Source of the DNA: Lama glama
Lineage: Eukaryota
Length of the DNA stretch: 64,000 nt
Assembly (NCBI GenBank): GCA_028534125.1
Contig: CM052832.1
Span: forward strand, 34,224,001 to 34,288,000
Direction of reading: 5' to 3'
How positions within the stretch are numbered: position 1 is the stretch's first letter; each line of letters starts with the position of its first letter. The notes below the pieces were generated by a model that searched no databases, was not told the DNA's origin, and saw nothing but the letters and a program-made list of their open reading frames with translations. The translations under genes and the position numbers were made by a program. Of this stretch, positions 51,233 through 62,406 are shown piece by piece.

Positions 51233-52924
51233 ACACAGAGGTGCACTTGACTTTCATTGTCAGGCTTGTCCCCAGCACCCCGATACGCATGTTAACTCCT
51301 GCATCACTTTATTTAGAGCCCATTAGCCCTTCTGCGTGGGTGTTATGTTGTCTGTAAATCAGACAGGCTTAGTTCTTCCTTTGCCATCTGGATGCATTTG
51401 AGTTCGTTTCCTCGCCCGAAAGGCCTGCCCGGGCCCTTCAGTGCAGCCGTGAAGAGAAGAGCTGGAAGCCACGGTCCTCGTCTCGGTCTCAGGAATAACC
51501 CACCAGTGCTTCAGAGTGAAGAAGCTCCTCTCCTGTTTCTAGTTTACTGTAAGCTGGATTTTGTAAAATACTCTGTGTCCTTGAGATCATTAAATGTTTC
51601 TTCTTTTTTAGTTTATTAATATGGTAAAATATATTGATGATATTTGAATGCTAAACCAACATTGCAATCCTGGGTTGAGCCTCACTTAGTCATGACGAAT
51701 GTATGTGTATATATATGCGCATAGGTCCAAATATTCTAAAGAAAATGCCAGCAAATCAAATCCAGTAGACACAGAACACTGGATAATGTGTGTTATGATG
51801 TGATAAACTCAAATGTTTGAGGCCCATTTTGCGGTCAGACTGTAGACAGGAGTTAAAAGACGTAGGTCTCTTTCCTACAAGGTTACAGTCCAAGTGTGAA
51901 AAAAGCCACAAAAAAGCAACAGAAGTCGCAGAGTCACTCTGGTGTGGGGTAGACTTTAACGGCAGCGGGAATCTGGACAAAGCAAAGAGCGACAGAGCAG
52001 GGCAGCTGCAGGCGGAGGACTGCCCAGAGGAGGCGATCCCACGGACTGGTCACAACACCTAGACGTGACCGTCCCCTGCGGCTCCCCCAGGTGCGGCCTG
52101 AGCAGGTGAGCGGAGGGAGGATGGCTGAGTGAGTGGAGAGGTCGGCCCAGGAAAGACTGCAGATTTTATCCGCAGTGCGTCTGCAAGCCACGGGTGGGCT
52201 TCAGTAGCAGGGAAACTCGGTCCTGTCGACACGTGAGGTCACTTTGCTGAGGAACGGACGGGGGCAGGAAGAACGGGAGGGTGGTGAGCCCTCCTGAGAC
52301 ACGGAGCAGGACGGCTGTGGTCAGGCCACGCATCCAGAGTGGACCCAGGCAGCCCCGTTGGGACGGGCCTTGGGCGCGCCCGGCTGTGGGGTATCCGCTG
52401 GAGGTCCAGCCCGGGCTCCATGCAGGGGCGGGTTTCCAAGAGCCGGACAGAGGCCGGTTCAGCACCGCGTTTGCAGGAGGAGGGTTATAGTGATGGTCCC
52501 ACCTGGTCAGACCAGGTCGGGAGACAGGCTGGGAGGGCTCCTGGGCGGGAAGACGGGTCGCACCGTTAGACTGCAGTGTGGATTCCAGCAAAGGCCTGAG
52601 GCCGAGGGCAAACCTGAGCAAGTGAGTTTAAAAGGAGGGGGTGGTGGGCAGAGTGTGAGATGTCTGAAGCTTCAGAAGTGGGAGCTAACTTTCAATGAAC
52701 GTGGTAAAAGCTTAGCATTTTTTCATTACGATTTTCAGGACACCACATTTCCCTCCAGCTAGGACCTTGAATTCCTTCCTTTTCCTGTCGGGCTTAAAAC
52801 TGCTTCTCCTAATGGTGTCAGAGACCTACCTAGAGACTTAAAAGTGCAGAGCTCATCATTCCACACCATCAAAGGGTATGGACGTCTGGGAATTCCTTTC
52901 CAGCCCTTATGGGAGGTCGACACA

Positions 52925-53590
52925 CTTTCTAGTTTCCCTTTAGATTCTTCTTTGAGCCAAATGTTACTCAGAAGTGTGTTATTTGGTTTCTAAACACTGG
53001 GGGGGTCTTCCAGATCTCTTTCTGTTACTGATTTCCAGTTGAACTCCATTGGGATCAGAGAACATAATCTGCACAACCCGAATGATTTTACGTTTGCTAA
53101 GATGTGCTTTGTGGCCCAGGATACGGCCTGTCTTGGTAGCTGCCCCGAGAAGGGCGCGTTCTGCTGTCGCGGGAATGCCCTGTGGACGGCAGTTAGGCCA
53201 GGCTGCTTGACGTTTGGCTCAGGTCTGCTACGTTTTTGCTGATCCCCTGTCTCTTTGTTTTACCAGCGTCAGAGAAGAGGTTTCTGGAATCTCCAGCTGT
53301 AATTGTGTCCTTATCTGTTCTTCATCACAGTTCTCTCTTTATTTGCTCCGTGTATTTGAAACCCTGTCATTAAAGAAATATACCTTTAGGATCACTGCGT
53401 CCTCCCGAGTAGCGAACCCCTTTTGTCGCTGGAAAATGATCCAATTGTCCTGGGAAATTGCTTTGAAATCTACTCTCGTCTGGCGTTAGTCACCGAAGCT
53501 TCCTTTGACTGGTGTTAGCACATCTGTTTCCAGCCTTTTGCTTCTAACCAACTGTCAGGTGATGCTTTGTGGGGGTGCAAAGCAGACAGA
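52925..53590 (-). mobile_element. L1M ORF2 5' fragment, antisense
   Basis: gattcttctttgagcc...agaagtgtgttattt, ttctgttactgatttccagtt...tcagagaacata, tacctttaggatc. Confidence 0.75.
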
Positions 53591-56500
53591 CTCTGATGGC
53601 CAGAAATCTGCTTGTTTGGGCTATTTTTCAAAATAATTGGGTGTGTACAAATTTGAGTTTGGTTCCAGCAGACTTTGGAGCTGATAGGTCCCACTGTGCA
53701 GTGAAAACATAATGGGACCATCTTTGGCTCGTTTATATAACACCCCAGCAGTAAGATAGTTAGGCAACCTTGTCAGGGAGGAGAAGTAATTCATGTAAAG
53801 TCATCAGAAACTCTAAGGCTGGCACAGTTCATATTCGTAAGTCACACGGTTGGTTTTATTTTCAAATTTTAGTACCTAGGTTGACTATGTTATACATCAG
53901 AGATCAACTTTCTGCTTCTCAGTCCTGCGAAGATTTTGTCCCTGGTGCAAACTGTGTCATTTAGCGTGGGCTGGGGTTGGGGTGGGAAGCTCAGGAAATC
54001 AGGGAAAGAAATAAGGCCCCTCACAGCCCTCGGGATTCAGCCCCAAACTGAAGTGTCTCCTAAAAATGCTCGTTGGTATGCGTGAAGCTGATGGAAGCAA
54101 CTGGGTTAAGGCAGGGAAAACCCCCGCTGGCCTCCCCTCCTGGGGACATGCTGTTTGCTCTTTCCACAGGTGAGTGTGGCTCCAGGTGGAAGAGGTGGGT
54201 GGATCAGACTCGCATCCAGCACCGTGACGGGGGGGCTTTGTGTGCAGCTGGTTAGCTCGGGGCTTGGGGAGACGCCGGCAGGGGAGGAGCCCAGGCTGGC
54301 GACGAGGCCAGTGTGTGTGCCGGCAGTGGAAACCTCCTGGGCAGATCTCGGTTTTCAGGCCGTCACTCTGTCTGTGGGGCAACGAGGTGGGCCTTGCAGT
54401 GCATTGGGTTTTATGGGAAACAGAAGTGCAAAGGCCACTTAGCCGTTCGGAGCTTTGTGAAACAGCTCTCCTGACTCCAATTAGCCCTTCTGTCACTCGG
54501 GCCGTTTCCGACTCCTCCGGGTAACGGAATAGCCTTGCGAGCCTGGGGGTGCACCGCGTCCACGGTCAGAGAACGAGGAACGTCACTTTCCGCTTCTCCC
54601 GACACTCCCTCCTCGCCTGGGTGCTTCCAGCGTCAGGCGGGGTGGGCTGAAATGCACACGTGACTAACGAGCATTACCTGCAGTTTACACATAACCCTGC
54701 TGTGAAGCTTACTCAGTTTCCAGCTTGGGATGATGTGCGACGAATTGCTCTCCTGTGTTACGGATTCTGTGACCTCAGATCCCCATGGCAACCACGGGGG
54801 AGTGACCCCATGTCATTGGAATTCTTCATGCTGCAAGTCAGGACCGTCTCTCGGAGGGACCTTTGCAATTCGCTTGATCTTACAAAGCAGCAGGCTGTTT
54901 TTAGAAATTCCATGCACTGTGTGTGGGGCAAGTCCTATCATCTGAGATAATCACAGAATGCCGCAGTGCGTCACGGGGCTCACGCCTAGCTCGGCCAGGT
55001 TCGAGCTGCTTCGTGTTTACCTGGCAGGCGATCTTCGCAGCCTCCGCTCAGACACCGGCGGTAAACGGCGGGACGGACCAGCTCACGCCTGTCTCGAGGT
55101 GCACGGGGGCCTGTCAAAGTGGCAGACGTCACCTTTCTTGAAGTGTACGCGTGTGAATTGAGATGCATTGATCACTTTTCAAACTTCTTCAAGTATTTGT
55201 GTGGTAATTTCAATAAACTAGATTTCAAAGCGAGCGGGCACGCGGCCAACGGGCAGACCGCCCAGGGGTGGGATTCTGGTCTTACTGAAGGCTACGTGCT
55301 GCTCAGGGAAAGTGTGTAAACAGGGAGGGAGGGGCCAGCTCTGCTGTGGAGAGGTGTTTTTATTTTAATGTCCTGTTTTTGCAGCAATTTAAGGTTTTGT
55401 GCCAAGCCGTCCATGTTTCTAATTTTAGCTCCGATCCCTACTCCCGACCACAGTGTGCGTCTTATCTGTCTGATCCCCGAGCTGCAGTCTGTGGGAGCCC
55501 GGGGAGACGCGGCCGTCCCACTGCCACCTGACCAGTCACCGCCAGGACCGCGTTCACTCGCAGTTGGTGTTGGAACCAGCGCCTGCCAGCACTAATGGAG
55601 TCATCACTATTAATAGGCTAGGAGCCCAGCTTACCATGAGCTGGCACTAGCCGTGGCGCTGGGGAAGGTCACATGTCTCAGCTGCTGGGCTGGCTCTTCC
55701 CTGCAGAAAGGGGCCGTCTGCCAGAGTCGGGAGGGAGCCCCGGGGCCCTGACTCACCCCGGCCGCGGCACAGGCTCCGGCAGCGGGGGCCTTTCTGCAAC
55801 ACACAGCAGGTTTTCCACATTCCTCTGCATAATGACGCTAGTAAGAAAGAGCCGCTCAGCGAGAGAGGGAGGCCGCGTCCAGTCTGCACGGAGCCTGTGC
55901 TGCGGGGTCGGGGCTGGCGGCCAGGACGCCGGTGACACGGTTCCCAGGGCCCGGGCCCCACGTGCTGCCTGTGCTGTTGGTCTAAGTCCAAAGGCAGGTT
56001 TCTGGGCCCATTGGGAGTGGAGCCTCTGCTCTGGAGAAAGGTCTGGGGAGCCACCGCTGGTCCTGTTTGCTTGGCAGTTGGGCAGGCCTCTTCCTAGTTC
56101 TCCTGTCCAAAGTGCTCAGGTGGTTGCACAACTGACAACCTCCGGGTGACCTGGGTGCGCCCTGGGCATCGAAGGCTGATTCAGAGGACACACGCTCCCA
56201 GCCCAGCGAGGAGGGTAACGCCGCGACCATAGGATGACTCCTTCCTGTTATGTCAGGGGGTGGAGAAATCGGGGCCAGAATCCAACAATCTGGCTCCAGC
56301 TGTTGCAAAATTAAGCTCTCCCTTTGGAAGGAAGAAGCCGCAGTTCCAGCGCTCATGCTGTCACCTCGTGAGGTGAATTGGAAGCCAAGAAAGCAAAAGA
56401 CAGGAGGCTCTCTTCAATGCCATCTGAAATTTCGTGCTTCCCTTGAAACCCACACCGTCTTTTTAGGTTCAACAGTACTGCGAATTCAAATGTTTGTTTT

Positions 56501-56744
56501 AGAGTTTAAAACATTCTCATCTGTTAAATTAATTTAGGAACAGCTAACCCACCAGAGGAAGACGTGTTCTGATCATGCTCTGTGAGAGCAAGGACAAGGA
56601 TGTAAGCGAAGGCTGGTTTCCACGGTAACCACAAGGTGCTCAGAAGCAAGACACGGCTCAACTGTCGTGGAATCGTCGGTTCTAACGGCACACAAAGCAA
56701 GAGCGCGTATTGATGAGGACTTGAGTAGGGATGCTGCACACGTT

Positions 56745-57480
56745 GTCACTCTCAAGTCTTCGGGCTCTTTTCAGCTTCTCCAATATGTAAAATTTTGTCT
56801 TCCACCAAATTTTGAACATTGATTTTTCAAACGTGCTGTGCCATCCCCCTCCCTCTCGTTCTAACCACACGAATTGTGTGCGTTTCAGGTCGTCTCATTC
56901 TGTCACCGAGACGCGCTCATTTTTCTTCTGTCTTTTTGCTCTTTCTTCTTCAGGTTGGTTGATTTCCACAGATCGGTGTTCAGGTTCTCTGGGGCTTCCT
57001 TTTGACGTCTCCGCTCTCCCGTTAAGCTCATCTGCTACGTTTTCTTTGTAGATGCTCCATCTTTTAGGTCTAGAATTTCAATCTGGTTCTTAAAGGAAGT
57101 CCGTTCCTCTCATGAGCTTTCCTAGTTGCTCGTTAATTGCAAGCGTGATTTCCTTTATGTCCTGAAGCAGAACTTAATTAGCAGATGTTGCTAATTGCAT
57201 CTGGGTCACCTTGGGTCAGTTCCCATCAAAACTTACAACATTCTTCAAGTGTCTGGTTTTGAATCCTATTCTGGAAAAAGTGACTGATTCGTTGCAGGGA
57301 CTCTGAATTACGGTATGTTCCTCTTCAGAGTATTGGATTTCATTTCAGCACATGATCAACGCGACTGAACTGAAACTCCAAACGCTGTCTCTCCAGACTG
57401 GGCCGCTTCTCCCAAGTGTGGACTCCCTCCCACTTCTGCCTCCTTTAGGTTTCTCTCCAGTGCCTTCAGGTAGTTGCTGT
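56745..57480 (-). mobile_element. L1M ORF1-region fragment, antisense
   Basis: tcaggttggttgatttcc...tcaggttctctg, ggtctagaatttcaatctggttctt, catctgggtcacctt. Confidence 0.6.
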
Positions 57481-60451
57481 TATATTTTGACAAGCGTTTT
57501 TCCTACACAAGGGGCTGCTCTGTGAGCAGTCCCAGGTTTACAGGGTGCTGCGCCCTGCCTGTCGGGGCCAGGGATGATGCTGTCTGTGGTACCCCCCCAC
57601 CGGGGCATTCCTGGTGCCCCGGGACAATCCACAGGAGCTGTCACCTGAGCCAGGAAAAGGTTGTTGTAACGTGTCAGTCCAATACCAGCAGGCCGGCTGA
57701 CCAGGAGGAAGAAGATGGGGCTGGGCCCTGGACACAGAGGAAGGAGCCCAGAGGCAGATGGTGGGTGGGTCCAGGAGGCCCCAAGAGATGGCCCAGGAAG
57801 GGTCCCCAGAGCTTCATCCTCCTTCCAGGAAACTGTCCTGCCCGAAGCTCCTATGTGTCCCCAAATATCCACATCCAAGTCCCCTTTGGAGTCTACTCTG
57901 TTGTTCCAGGGACAGCAGCCCACTGCTTCTGGAAGCGGCAGAGTCCCTCGGCTGTGGAGCGGTGGTCCCTCCTCTGGCCCCTGGTGAGCCCACCTCAAGG
58001 GGCTTCTTAGGCGCTTGGCGGTGCAGGGACCAGCTCCCTGGGGTGGAGGCTGATTGCCTTAATTCTGTGCTTCGGTACCTGCAACAGTGATACACGCTCA
58101 AGAGCCTTTTTGTCCCCAGTTCCTGCAGAATTGCCCTGCGACTTGCTATTTAGCCATGAACCACCAGCTTTTCTTTATCCAAGTGGCTAAACGGGGACCC
58201 CTGGCCTGTTGGGGTCACCCCTGCTCACGGGGCTGCTGCCAGGAGCTTGGGGTCCCTGGGTCGGCAGGGTCTTCCTTGTCTGCTGGGACCCTCCAGTCCA
58301 TTGCTGGGAGGCAAAGTTTCCAGTACAACCTCTGTCAGCAAGAGGTCCTTCCAGAAACGATGTGCCTTCGGCTGTGATTAAACCATTAGGTGAATCAGAT
58401 GCTGGCGGAGCCAGGGTGAGCCTGTTTTATGACCTTGAGAACCTGAGAACCTCAGAGAAAGGTTTCAACGTGAGTCTGAAGAAAAACATTGAATTTAGTC
58501 ACAGAAGCCTGAGTGGGAGGCCCACCCCCATCCTGGCTGTGGATTCTGAGTGGACACCCCTCGTCCGCCCACCACCCTGACTGGACACTGGACAAGCCGG
58601 GCCAGCAGCCTCTGCAGGGCTCCCTGTGGAGCCAGCCCAGCGGGCAGTGAACTCAACCCCCATCTCTCCCTCTGGGGCGAGAACGTGGCCATGGAGCAAA
58701 CAGGAGGGGACCCTCCCAAACTCAGGCTCCACCCAGACCCACGGAGCTGATCTTCATGCTTCTGGCAAGCACAGGTCTGGAGAGACTGCGGCCATCAGTG
58801 CCCTGCGGCCCGGTCCCCCAGCGAATCCCTGACCCCGAAGGCCCCTGGCTGGCATCGTCCGGCAGCTGCAAGGAGCCAGTGAAGTGAAGGCCTTGCTGAA
58901 GTTCCCCTGGGGGAGTGGAGGGGGTGGTCACGGTGTCTGGCTGCTTGGAGTTACGCTTTGGAATTGGAAAAACGAGGGAGCCAGCAAAGGGCGCCTAGGC
59001 ACCTGGGCCTCCCCGGGGCTGGTGCAGGGTCTGGAGGGCCCGCGGGGGCTGCTGGGGCCGAGCCTGGGGCGGGGGTCTGGTGGCAGGGTGGACACTGTAT
59101 CTTCCAAGGTCGGGGTGGCCCTTTGTGGGACTGAGTGTCTCACGACGTCCCCTCCCCCGCGGTCTGACCGTGGAGCTCCACTCCCAGATGTGACGACGCT
59201 GTGCGTGTCCCTGTCCATCTGTCTCTCCGCAGCTAGTGTTCAGCAACCCACCCTCGTGTGTGAGTGGAACGTCAGGATTCCTGAACCAGGCCCGTTCACT
59301 TGGGAAAGCACGCTTTCCAGACGTGCTGAGGAGTGGAAGGAGGTCAGGTCGTGTGTGCTCAGGGTCCAGGTGGGAGTGCTGGGACCTCCGGGCCATGCAG
59401 AGGGGCTCAGGGCTTCTCCTTTGAATTTGGGTCGCCCTCTCCCCAGATCGCTGCATTTGGAAGGCTGTGGAGGAAGGTCTATAAAAGTACATTTATTTCT
59501 TACGAGAGGGACGCAGCAGTGTGGGTGGTGATGACCATGGCCACCCCGAGGGTGACCTCAGGGCCGTAGACCGTGGCTTCTGGCGCATCTTGCCTCCAGC
59601 ATGTGGTGCTGCCCGAGCCCGGGGCTTCTCCGGTGACAGCTGTGGTGATCAGCAACCATGGTACTTAGTGGCTGTCTTACATATTTGGAGGAGAATTTGT
59701 GATTTATTATGTATTTTCATTGTTGTTCAACTTCTACTTGATACAAGTTGGGACAAATTGTTTCCTAAATGGGTTCTTGCTGAATAACTTTTAAAAATAT
59801 GCACATATTACGAAGGGATGTATGTAAACTAGGATAAAACAGCTCAGAACTCAGAATGAATGAATACGGTTGCTCAGTCCTCGTTTCATGTTGGTCCTAC
59901 CAGAGATGCCCCACCACAATCATCTTCAAAAACAGAAAAGATTTGATGATTGTGAAGTGGTTTCCAGAAGGGGATAAGAATTAGGGCTTTAATTTGGGGG
60001 GAGGTGTGTCTGGCGTGGCTTTGGTTCCATTTCCAGCGAAGTCCTGAGACCAGGGTGTTGCATCAAAGCTGTGGTCACTCCGCCCTTTGAAGGCTCGTCC
60101 TCGACAAGGTGTGACTTTAGCAACGAGAGTAAGACCTTTGCCCTCCTCACACCCAGCTGTTGGTATGTTCATAGTTTTGAGGACGTTCATTGGAAGTTCT
60201 CGACTCCTTGATGTGAGAAGAGGTCACACGTGGCCATGGACGCCGCGTGGCGATGCCAGCGTTCGGTCTTTCACAGCCTTGGTCTCTAGCCTTCTTTTCC
60301 TACCTCCTTTTTTCCTGTCTCTCTTCTCCCTGCAGACACCCACGCCCATCTCACCATCCCCGCTCGCCGCCCCTCAGCCGCACACGTGTGCACGTGACCG
60401 ACTCTCCCCGCGCTGAGCAGACATGGCCGCTGGTGCTGCTGCCTTGCTGGC

Positions 60452-60951
60452 NNNNNNNNNNNNNNNNNNNNNNNNNNNNNNNNNNNNNNNNNNNNNNNNN
60501 NNNNNNNNNNNNNNNNNNNNNNNNNNNNNNNNNNNNNNNNNNNNNNNNNNNNNNNNNNNNNNNNNNNNNNNNNNNNNNNNNNNNNNNNNNNNNNNNNNNN
60601 NNNNNNNNNNNNNNNNNNNNNNNNNNNNNNNNNNNNNNNNNNNNNNNNNNNNNNNNNNNNNNNNNNNNNNNNNNNNNNNNNNNNNNNNNNNNNNNNNNNN
60701 NNNNNNNNNNNNNNNNNNNNNNNNNNNNNNNNNNNNNNNNNNNNNNNNNNNNNNNNNNNNNNNNNNNNNNNNNNNNNNNNNNNNNNNNNNNNNNNNNNNN
60801 NNNNNNNNNNNNNNNNNNNNNNNNNNNNNNNNNNNNNNNNNNNNNNNNNNNNNNNNNNNNNNNNNNNNNNNNNNNNNNNNNNNNNNNNNNNNNNNNNNNN
60901 NNNNNNNNNNNNNNNNNNNNNNNNNNNNNNNNNNNNNNNNNNNNNNNNNNN
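60452..60951. other. Assembly gap (500 N, fixed-size scaffolding join)
   Basis: Exactly 500 Ns. Confidence 0.99.
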
Positions 60952-61489
60952 TCGGTGGCCGCAACGTGAAGTCCTACTGGAGACCGGAAACCCTCAGGAC
61001 CGTGTCTGAGCATAAATACACTCGCTCATTATGACTGGCAGAGGGCACGACCAACTCAGGAGCAGATGTTTCAAGAAAGAAAAGGGGACAAGCATTTTCA
61101 GACTAGTAAGCATTTACTGATGGAGTGAATTTGCGTCTGGGTTTCTTTGTCTCTGCCTGGATCCCCGTGCCTTACGCAACGGAGAGCCTTTAGTCAGAAA
61201 CACTAGCTACCCGCACAGCAGATCTGGTGGAAATGGTCAGAATGGGGCAAAGTCCCCTAACACGATTGCTGTCGTTTTGAATCTGAGCTGGATGGAGACC
61301 CCTGGACGTTACACATCAGCACAGACCATTGGGGTGAAACTGGTTATGGGCAGAACAACTCGAAAACAAGCACCTTTCCCCCAGAATAGCCGACAAGGAG
61401 CCGTGCGTCATCTTGAGTTGCTGCCAAGTTAGTTAAAAACAAACCTAAGGTCTTTTTTAAAAGCAAGTAGCAAAGAAACACGCTTTACA

Positions 61490-62060
61490 TTTGGTGCAGT
61501 TTGGAAAACAGTTTGGCTGCTTCTTACAATGTTAAAGGCAGAGTCACCACATGGCCCAGAAATCCCTGAAGCGTCCGCCCAGGATAAACGAGAACAGCCC
61601 GGGTGCACGTCCACGGAGACTCGTGCGCACATGCTCACAGCAGCCTTACGCAGAGTGGCCAGAGAAGTGGGGATGATGCAGACGTCCATCAGCTGGTGGA
61701 GTACAGACACACGGCCTTACCCACTCGGTGGAGCATGACTCAGCCATAAGAAGGAGCAGTTCGGACACATGCCTCAACCTGGACGAGCCGCTAACGTGTA
61801 CGCTGAAAGAAGCCCGTCACTGAGGACCACGTAGCACGCGGTCCATCGTATGAGAGCTCCAGGGAAGGCAAGCCTGCACACAGACAGTGGGTTGGTGCTT
61901 CGGGGGCCCAGGGTGGGGATGGGGGTGCATGCAGTCGGGGGCAAGCCTTTGCCAGGGAAGGAGATGTTCTGAAGTTAGACCAGAGTGATGCCGCACTTCC
62001 GTGAATTGGCTGAAAACCATCCAGTTGTGTGTTCAGGAGCGTGAATGCCGTGTGCTGGTG
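61490..62060 (+). mobile_element. L1MB/MC-type 3' end, sense, strongly GC-shifted
   Basis: ttggaaaacagtttggctgcttcttacaatgttaaaggcagagtcaccacatggccca...gtccatcagctggtgga...ctcagccataagaagga...gatgttctgaagttaga. Confidence 0.85.
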
Positions 62061-62388
62061 CACACACGGGGCCACACAGAGCTGCGCGCTCGCTCTGCCC
62101 CCGGCCGTGCCCCCACGCTGGCTCTGGCTTCTTACAGCCTGACTAGGCAGGGGCGCCCCAGGCTACGTTTCTGCAGACGCAGTCAGACACTTCTGACTGG
62201 AGGAATCCTCTCGAGTCAGATTTGCCCAGACAGTATCTCAGCTGTCACCTGACCGGCTGGGGTTATTTTAACAGGCATTCCAGAAGCATTGAAACCAAAA
62301 AATGCTCTGTGGAAGGACCTCTGGCAGCAAGTCCCTCCCCGTCAGCCTGTAGGAATTTGGCTTTGGTGAAGTTCCCTCTTGTCTGCAG

Positions 62389-62406
62389 GTGTGGTCACCT
62401 CGCGGG
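62389..62406 (+). CDS. Candidate 18-nt microexon beyond the gap
   Basis: ttccctcttgtctgcag|GTGTGGTCACCTCGCGGG|gtgagg. Confidence 0.25.

Noticed and set aside
57175-57197. aattagca-N5-tgctaatt inverted repeat
   Set aside because: An 8-bp stem inside an L1 remnant; compatible with chance.
60247-61034. ORFs of about 200-240 aa
   Set aside because: Artefacts of translating through the N gap.
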